This document shows, one piece after another, positions 57,220 through 64,000 of a DNA stretch of 64,000 nt (position 1 is the first letter of the stretch; each line of letters opens with the position of its first letter). A program made the translations under genes and the position numbers. Source of the stretch: an uncultured Methylomirabilota bacterium (GTDB taxonomy: Bacteria > Methylomirabilota > Methylomirabilia > Methylomirabilales > 2-02-FULL-66-22); contig CAWJSJ010000002.1 of NCBI GenBank assembly GCA_963845565.1, positions 1,728,001 through 1,792,000 of the forward strand. The letters are read 5' to 3'. The notes beneath the pieces were generated by a model. The model saw only the letters and a list, made by a program, of their open reading frames with translations. It did no database searches and was not told where the DNA came from.

Positions 57220-59215
57220 ATGACGCTTTTCCTGTTCGCGATGGGTGTGATCGTCCTGGGCGGTCTGTCGGCCCTGATCGCCGGCCGTTCCGCCAGACGC
57301 GCCTCGCTACTCGGGGCGGGCGGCGCGGTGACAGGCTGTGCGCTGGCGCTGGGTCCGGCACTCCGGGCGCTCCTCGGGGGGCCGTTGGAGCGGCTGGACG
57401 CCCCGTGGAGCATGCCCGGGGGGAGCTTCTCGGTCGCGCTGGATCCGGTGTCCGGCCTCTTTCTGGTCCCGACGCTGTTCCTCTCGGCGTTGGCCGCCGT
57501 GTACGGAACGGGCTACCTGAAGCCATTCGGTGCGACCAGGGCGCTCGGGGAGGCCTGGTTCTGTTTCGACCTCCTGGTCGTCAGCATGGCGCTGGTCATG
57601 GTCGCCAGGAACGGCGTGCTGTTCCTGGTCGCCTGGGAGGTGATGGCGCTGGCGTCCTTCTTCCTGGTGACCTTCGATCGCAAAACCGCGAGCGTCCGCG
57701 ACGCCGGCTGGACATACCTGATCGCCACGCACCTGGGTACGGCGTTCCTCCTGGCCATGTTCGTGTTGCTTGGAGGCGCGACCGGCTCGCTCGAGTTCGA
57801 CGGCTTCGGGACGGTCGCGGGGACCGCCCCAGGGCTGATCGGGCCGCTCTTCCTCCTCGCGGTCATCGGATTCGGCACCAAGGCCGGATTCATCCCGCTG
57901 CACGTCTGGCTGCCGGAGGCGCACCCCGCCGCGCCCAGCCATGTCTCGGCGGTCATGTCCGGCGTGATGATCAAGACGGGGATCTACGGCCTCGTGCGCT
58001 TTCTGATCGTCCTCGGTCCGCCGCCGGTGTGGTGGGGGTGGCTGCTGATCGGGATCGGAGTGACCTCGGGCGTTCTCGGCGTTCTTCTGGCACTGGCCCA
58101 GCACGACCTCAAGCGGCTGCTCGCCTACCACAGCGTCGAGAACATCGGCATCATCACGCTCGGGCTTGGCCTCGGGACGCTGGGCGTCGCCACAGGCATG
58201 CCCGCGCTGGCCGTGCTCGGGTTCGGCGGCGGACTGCTGCACGTCGTGAACCACGCGCTCTTCAAGGGACTGCTGTTCTTGGGGGCGGGTGCTGTGCTGC
58301 ACGGCGCGGGCACGGGGGAGATCGATCATCTCGGTGGACTGCAGCGGCGGATGCCCTGGACGGGCACCTGTTTCCTGGTGGGGGCGGCGGCCATCTCGGG
58401 GCTCCCGCCGCTCAACGGCTTCGTAAGCGAGTTCCTCATCTATCTGGGGGCGTTTCTGGGGGTGATCGCGGCCGCGGGGACGGTGGGGATCCTGGTCTCG
58501 GGGCTTGTCACTATCGGCGCGCTGGCGCTCATCGGCGGACTGGCGGCGGCCTGTTTCACCAAGGCGTTCGGGATCGTGTTCCTGGGCGAGCCCCGGAGCC
58601 ACCATGCTGCGGATGCGCACGAGGCGGGTGCGAGCCATGCGGTGGCCGATGGCGATCCTGGCGGCGGGCTGCGCTGTGGTCGGCCTCTTCCCGGCGCCGG
58701 CGCTGCGGGCCTTGGCGCCTGCGCTGCGCCTCGTCACGCGGCAGCCGGAGACGGCAGTCGCCGGGGCGCTCGCCGATGCGGCGACCCCGCTCTGGATGAT
58801 CACGGCGGTGGCGACGGTTTTCCTGGCCGCGGTCCTGCTCCTGGCCGCGGTGCGCCGGAAGTGTCTGGCGGGTCGGCCGGTGGAGGAGACCGTGACCTGG
58901 GATTGCGGATACGCGCGACCGACCGCCCGCATGCAGTACACGGCGTCGTCGTATGCGCAACCGTTGACCGAACTCTTTCGGCTGGTCCTGCGGACGCGAG
59001 TCCGCCTGGTCGCGCCGACGGGCCTCTTCCCGTCGCGAGCGATGCTGGTCACGGAGACGCCGGACGTGTTCCGCGAGGCCGTCTTCCGGCCGGCGTTTGT
59101 CGGGATCCGGCGGGCGCTCGATCGCCTGCGGATCCTCCAGCACGGACGGATCCAGCTCTATGTTCTGTACGTCGTGCTGACGCTGGTCGCCCTGATGGTG
59201 TGGACGCTGCGATGA
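57220..59215 (+). CDS. hyfB: HyfB-like antiporter subunit (frameshift near 58635)
   Basis: PLHVWLPEAHPAAPS, KRLLAYHSVENIG, NHALFK, WDCGY...RMQYT. Confidence 0.85.
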
Positions 59216-60141
59216 GCCACCTGGCCTGGACCATGATGATGATGGCGGTCCCGCTGGCGACCGGGCTGCTCCTGGCGCCGCTGCTGCTTACGGTCATCAA
59301 CCGCGTCAAGGCGTTCTTCTCCGGCCGGCGGGGGCAACCGCTCCTCCAGCCCTACCTCGACCTCTGGAAGCTGCTCGGGAAGGGCGCCACCTACAGCCGG
59401 ACCACCACCTGGATCTTCCGGGCCGGACCGATCGTGGGGCTGGCCGCCACCCTGGCCGTCCTGGCCATGATGCCCTTGGGCGGCGTGCCGGCGCCGGTCA
59501 GGTTTCGGGGCGACCTCCTGCTCTTTGCCAATCTGCTCGGGCTGATGCGCTTCATCACGGTGGTCGCGGCGTTGGATACCGGGTCGAGCTTCGAGGGGAT
59601 GGGGGCGAGTCGCGAGGTGCTCTTCTCCGCCCTCGCCGAGCCGGCGCTCCTCGTCGGCCTGGCGGCCGTGGCACTGGAGACGCGGAGCATCTCCCTATCG
59701 GACATGGTGGCATCGGTAACGGCCGAGCGCTGGTTGACTCAGGGGCCGGCCCTCGGGCTGGTCGTGGTGGCCCTCGGCCTGGTCCTGGTGACGGAGAACG
59801 CCCGCATCCCGGTGGATGATCCGACCACCCACCTGGAACTGACCATGATCCACGAGGTCATGGTCCTGGATCACGGCGGGCCGGACCTGGCCTTCATCCT
59901 GTACGGTGCGGCGCTCAAGCTCTGGGCGCTGGGCGCGCTTCTGGTCGGAATGGCGGTGCCCGTTCGGACCGGCAATCCGCTGCTCGATCTGGGGGCATTC
60001 CTCGCGGGGATGCTGATCCTGGCGGTGGTGATCGGCGTCGTGGAGTCCTCGATGGCGCGCCTCCGTCTTCTGCGGATCCCCAAGCTGCTGGTCGGGGCGA
60101 CGGCGCTGGCGGTGCTGGCCGTCGTGCTCGTCTTGAGGTGA
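59212..60141 (+). CDS. hyfC: HyfC/HycD-like (NuoH family) subunit
   Basis: RRGQPLLQPY, GMGASRE, ENARIPVDDPTTHLELTMIHE. Confidence 0.88.
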   Translation: MSHLAWTMMMMAVPLATGLLLAPLLLTVINRVKAFFSGRRGQPLLQPYLDLWKLLGKGATYSRTTTWIFRAGPIVGLAATLAVLAMMPLGGVPAPVRFRGDLLLFANLLGLMRFITVVAALDTGSSFEGMGASREVLFSALAEPALLVGLAAVALETRSISLSDMVASVTAERWLTQGPALGLVVVALGLVLVTENARIPVDDPTTHLELTMIHEVMVLDHGGPDLAFILYGAALKLWALGALLVGMAVPVRTGNPLLDLGAFLAGMLILAVVIGVVESSMARLRLLRIPKLLVGATALAVLAVVLVLR

Positions 60142-60145
60142 AGCG

Positions 60146-60796
60146 ATGAGCGTCGGCGTGGAGGGCGTGATCGCCCTGCTGGTGATCACCGACTTGCTGC
60201 TGCTGGGATCGAGCCGGCTGCGGAGCTGCATCACCATCGCCGCGCTGCAAGGGGCCGTGGTCAGCCTGCTGCCCGTTCTCCTGCACGGCGACGAGGGATG
60301 GGTCCGGGCGTGGAGCCTCACCGTCGGCAGCATGCTCCTCAAGGGCGGGGTCTTCCCCTGGCTCCTGCGACGCGTCCTGCGCGAGTCGGGCGTGCGCCGG
60401 GAGGTCGAGCCGTTCGTCGGCCACACGCTCTCCGTCATGGTGGGGGTCGCGGCGCTGGCGTTCGCGGTCTGGGTGGACGCGCGGCTGGCGTTGCCGGCCT
60501 CGGCCACCGGACACGCCCCCCTCTTGGTCCCGGCCGGACTGGCGACCCTGCTGGTCGGGCTCTTCCTGATCGTCAGCCGCCGCACGGCGGTCACCCAGGT
60601 GCTGGGCTACCTGGTGGTGGAGAACGGTATCTACGCGTTCGGCGTCGCCCTGGTGGGCGGCGTGCCGCTCCTGGTAGAGCTTGGCGTCCTCATGGACATC
60701 TTTGTGGCCGTGTTCATCATGAGCATCGCGGCCTATCACATCAGCCGTGAGTTCGACCACATCGACGTCGATCAACTGGACCGGCTGAGGGGTTGA
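60146..60796 (+). CDS. hyfE: HyfE-like membrane subunit
   Basis: QG, GYLVVENG, VELGVLMD, L.RL.G end. Confidence 0.85.
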   Translation: MSVGVEGVIALLVITDLLLLGSSRLRSCITIAALQGAVVSLLPVLLHGDEGWVRAWSLTVGSMLLKGGVFPWLLRRVLRESGVRREVEPFVGHTLSVMVGVAALAFAVWVDARLALPASATGHAPLLVPAGLATLLVGLFLIVSRRTAVTQVLGYLVVENGIYAFGVALVGGVPLLVELGVLMDIFVAVFIMSIAAYHISREFDHIDVDQLDRLRG

Positions 60797-60803
60797 TCCG
60801 GTG

Positions 60804-62284
60804 ATGCCCGACACGCTGCTCTGGTCTGTCCTGCTCCTGCCCGCCGTCCTGGGAGCGGGGTGCCTCGTGCCGCGCTCCGCCCGGGGGATCCTGGTCCTCG
60901 TCTCGATCGGGGGCGCCGGCTGGGCTTGCCTCGCGGGAGCCACCGCCTGGGATGCCTTCGCCTGCGGTTCGCTGGTGACCGCCACGGGCTGGCTGCGGCT
61001 GGATGCGCTGTCCGCCTACCACCTGGCGGTCCTCGCCCTCGTCTTCGGCGCGAGCTCGGTGTATGCCTGGGGATACTTCCGGGCGGAAACCGCGACGGGA
61101 AGCCTCTCTCGCCGGTCGGCACGTCGATTCGGCACGCTCTGGTTCGGGTCGGCGGCGGCGATGGCGGCGGTGCTGCTGTCCAACGACCTCGGCATCATGT
61201 GGGTCGGCATCGAGGCCACCACGCTGCTGACCGCCTTCCTGATCTGCGTCCACGTGACCCCGCTGTCGCTCGAGGCGATGTGGAAGTACTTGGTGGTCTG
61301 CTCCGTCGGTGTGGCCTTCGCGTTCGTCGGGACACTGCTGGTGGCGGCCTCCGCGCAGCACCTGGGGATCGGCGCCTCGGAGATGCTGCTCTGGACGAGC
61401 CTTCAGGCCTCGGCGGCCCGGCTCGGACCCGGCTCCATGAAGCTGGCCTTTCTCTTCCTGCTGGTGGGCTACGGCACCAAGGCGGGGCTGGCGCCGCTCC
61501 ACAGCTGGCTGCCGGACGCGCACAGTCAGGCCCCGGCGCCCGTCTCTGCGCTGTTCTCCGGCTTCATGCTGAACGCCGCGCTCTACTGCATCGCGCGGTA
61601 CCTGCCGCTGGTGGAGGCGGCGACCGGCGACGCCGGCTGGGGGCGGCAGCTCTTGGTGGCGTTCGGGGTCGCCTCGATCCTGGTGGCGGCGGCCTTCATC
61701 GTCTTCCAGCGAGACGGGAAGCGGTTCCTGGCCTACTCCAGCGTGGAGCATCTGGGCATCATCTGCTCTCGGCCTGGGGCTCGGCGGGGTGGGCGTCTTC
61801 GCGGCGCTCTGGCATGCGCTGAACCACTCGGTCGGCAAGTCGCTGGCCTTCTTCTCGATCGGGCGGCTGGGCCAGATGTATGGCACCCACGACCTCGGCG
61901 CGCTGTCCGGGGCCATGCGCCGGTCGCCGATCTGGGGCGTCGGCTTCTGCGGGGGGCTGCTCGCGCTCATCGGCGTCGCCCCGTTCGCGATCTTCATGAG
62001 CGAGTTCCAGATCCTCCGCGCGGCTGCCGCCGACCGGGCATTCGTGGTGCTGGCCCTCTTCCTGGTCGGCGTCGGCATCGTGTTCGTCGGGGCGCTGCGG
62101 CACGCGATAGCGGTCGCCTGGGGCGACGAGATCTGCAGACCCGAGCCGCAGGCCGGCGGCGCGGCGGACGCCGTGCTCGTGTGCGGGGGCGCTGGCGCTC
62201 CTCCTGGTGCTCGGCCTGTGGATGCCGGGCCCGCTCGGCAGCGCGCTGGAAGCCGCGGCGGCCGTGGTCGGGGGCCGCCCATGA
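60804..62284 (+). CDS. hyfF: HyfF-like antiporter subunit (frameshifts)
   Basis: EAMWKY, GYGTKAGLAPLHSWLPDAHSQAP, KRFLAYSSVEH. Confidence 0.85.
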
Positions 62285-63817
62285 GCCAGGCGCCCGTCCT
62301 GCGCGTCCACAACGGGGAAGCGTGTCCCTGCGGCGCAGTGCCGCAGGTCGGGATGGCAGACTTTCGGGCGCACGCGCTGGCGGCGGTTGCGGCCGGTGCG
62401 CGAATCGTCGCGCTCTTCGGAATGCCACGCCCCGACGAGGCGATCCGGATCCTGCTGGTGCTGGCGCAGGCGGAAACCGGGATGCTGTCGCTCCTCTCGA
62501 CCGACGTTCGAGACGACTATCCGGCGCTGACGCCCGACTGCCCGCAGGCCCACTGGTTCGAGCGCGAGATCGCCGAGCAGTGGGGCGTCCGCGCCGGAGG
62601 GCCATCCCTGGCTCAAGCCCATCCGGTTCCACCGCTCGTACCGGTCCGGGCCGCGACGCCTGGGGCCGAGCCGCCGGCGGACGCGATCCTGCCGTGCGTG
62701 ACCGACTTCTTCCGGGTGGAGGGCGAGGAGGTCCACGAGGTGGCGGTGGGGCCGGTCCACGCCGGGGTCATCGAGCCGGGGCACTTCCGCTTCCAGTGCC
62801 ACGGCGAGACGCGTCTTCCACCTGGAGATCTCGCTGGGCTACCAGCACCGCGGCGTCGAGCGGGCCCTGGTCGGCGGGCCGACGCCGCGGACGCATCCAC
62901 TACATGGAGACGCTGGCCGGCGACACGACGATCGGCCATGCCACGGCCTACTGCCAGGCGGTGGAGGCGCTGGCCGGGTGCCGCGTCCCCGCGCGCGCCG
63001 AGGCGCTGCGCGGCATCGCCCTGGAGCTGGAGCGCCTGGCCAATCACACCGGCGACCTCGGGGCGCTGGCCGGCGACGTGGGGTATCTGCCCACCGCCTC
63101 GTTCTGCGGGCGGCTGCGCGGCGACTTCCTGAACCTGACGCGCGCTGCTCTGCGGCAGCCGGTTCGGCCGCGGCCTGGTCCGGCCCGGCGGCGTGGGGTT
63201 CGACCTGGAAGCGGGGCGCGTCGCCGAGCTCGCGCGACCGGCTCGACCGGACGCTGCAAGGACGTGGCCGGCGCGGTCAACCTGCTGTGGGAGTCGCCGT
63301 CGGTGCTGGCCCGGTTCGAGGAGACCGGCCCGGTGTCGCGGGAGATCGCGGAGGCGCTGGGACTGGTCGGCGTCGGCCGCGCGGGCCTGCGGGGCTGGAG
63401 CGGGACGTGCGCTTCGATTTCCCGGCGGGCATTTCCCGGCTTCGCGCAGATTCCGGTGTCGACGCTGGCAGAGCGGCGACGTGTTCGCCCGGGCGTACGT
63501 CCGCTGGCTGGAGATCCAGCGGTCGGCGGCGTTCATCCGCGACCAGCTGCGGGCCCTGCCGGACGGTCCGATCCGTGCCGCGGTGGGACCGCTGTGCGCC
63601 GGATCAGATGGTCGTCTCGCTGGTCGAAGGCTGGCGCGGCGAGATCTGCCACGTCGCCATGACGGACGGCGACGGGCGGCTCGCGCACTACAAGGTCGTG
63701 GACCCCTCCTTCCACAACTGGATGGGGCTGGCCATGGCGCTGCGCGACCAGGAGATCTCCGACTTCCCGCTGTGCAACAAGAGCTTCAACCTGTCCTATT
63801 GCGGACACGACCTGTGA
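62281..63817 (+). CDS. HyfG/EhrL-like large subunit lacking NiFe-binding CxxC motifs (multiple frameshifts)
   Basis: GPVHAGVIEPGHFRF, ETLAGDTTIGH, ELERLANH, EGWRGE, DPSFHNW, DFPLCNKSFNLSYCGHDL. Confidence 0.85.
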
Positions 63818-63825
63818 GGGCGCGG

Positions 63826-64000
63826 ATGCTGAGAGAGCTCGTCGAGCGCATCCGGCAGGGATACCGGACCATGGCGTATCCCGACGGCGAGCCGGTCCTG
63901 CCGGACCGGTTCCGCGGCCGGCCGGTCATCGACGGCGCCGCGTGCCCGCCGGACTGCCGGGCGTGCGTCGCCGCCTGTCCCACCGGCGCAATCGGCGGAA
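63826..64000 (+). CDS. 4Fe-4S subunit (HyfH/I-like), truncated at the window end
   Basis: RFRGRP..CPPDCRACVAACPTGAI. Confidence 0.8.
   Translation, partial: MLRELVERIRQGYRTMAYPDGEPVLPDRFRGRPVIDGAACPPDCRACVAACPTGAIGG

Noticed and set aside
375..63536. Numerous long antisense or alternate-frame ORFs
   Set aside because: These are shadow ORFs expected at high GC: Arg/Pro/Gly-rich, overlapping well-supported genes and lacking motifs.
57220..63662. Apparent HyfB-HyfC (973 aa) and HyfF-HyfG (953 aa) fusions in the ORF track
   Set aside because: The linking segments are off-frame gibberish caused by indels, and each subunit has its own start and stop (ATGA overlaps).
10362..63817. Frameshifts in the SBP, oadB, biotin carrier, panE, Ig protein and hyf genes read as programmed frameshifting or mass pseudogenisation
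   Set aside because: They are scattered single-base indels with no slippery-site pattern and no accompanying decay. Long-read error is the simplest explanation; short-read polishing would settle it.
62281..63817. Group 4 NiFe hydrogenase call
   Set aside because: Both Ni-binding CxxC motifs are absent.

Overview
GC-rich bacterial chromosomal window, probably from a long-read MAG, because many genes carry single-base frameshifts. The gene content is loosely suggestive of Methylomirabilota/Rokubacteria-like organisms, but this is inference only. It encodes sugar and peptide ABC transporters, a sigma-54 two-component system, TatD, HemW, an aldolase/ABC/PfkB sugar-catabolic cluster, a domain-rearranged Na+-translocating decarboxylase (Oad-like), hicBA, aqpZ, a large transaldolase-family protein and the start of an Ehr (Hyf-like, Ni-ligand-less) complex. 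The most notable locus is 43.2-51.7 kb. It is a tandemly duplicated module (M28 3' end + enhancer-like palindrome + sigma-54 promoter + secreted single-CxxCH head). The same head sits on two unrelated Ig-repeat stalks: one ends in a CFI-box-CTERM anchor and is followed by an orphan GspC-like PDZ gene, and a third copy survives as a decayed remnant. Other notable items are a PC4-like/PilZ fusion, two families of short inverted-repeat elements that supply stop codons, a possible decayed integron cassette array, a cytoplasmic mini-collagen with a long leader, and unannotated small peptides. I recognised no rRNA, tRNA or CRISPR array.
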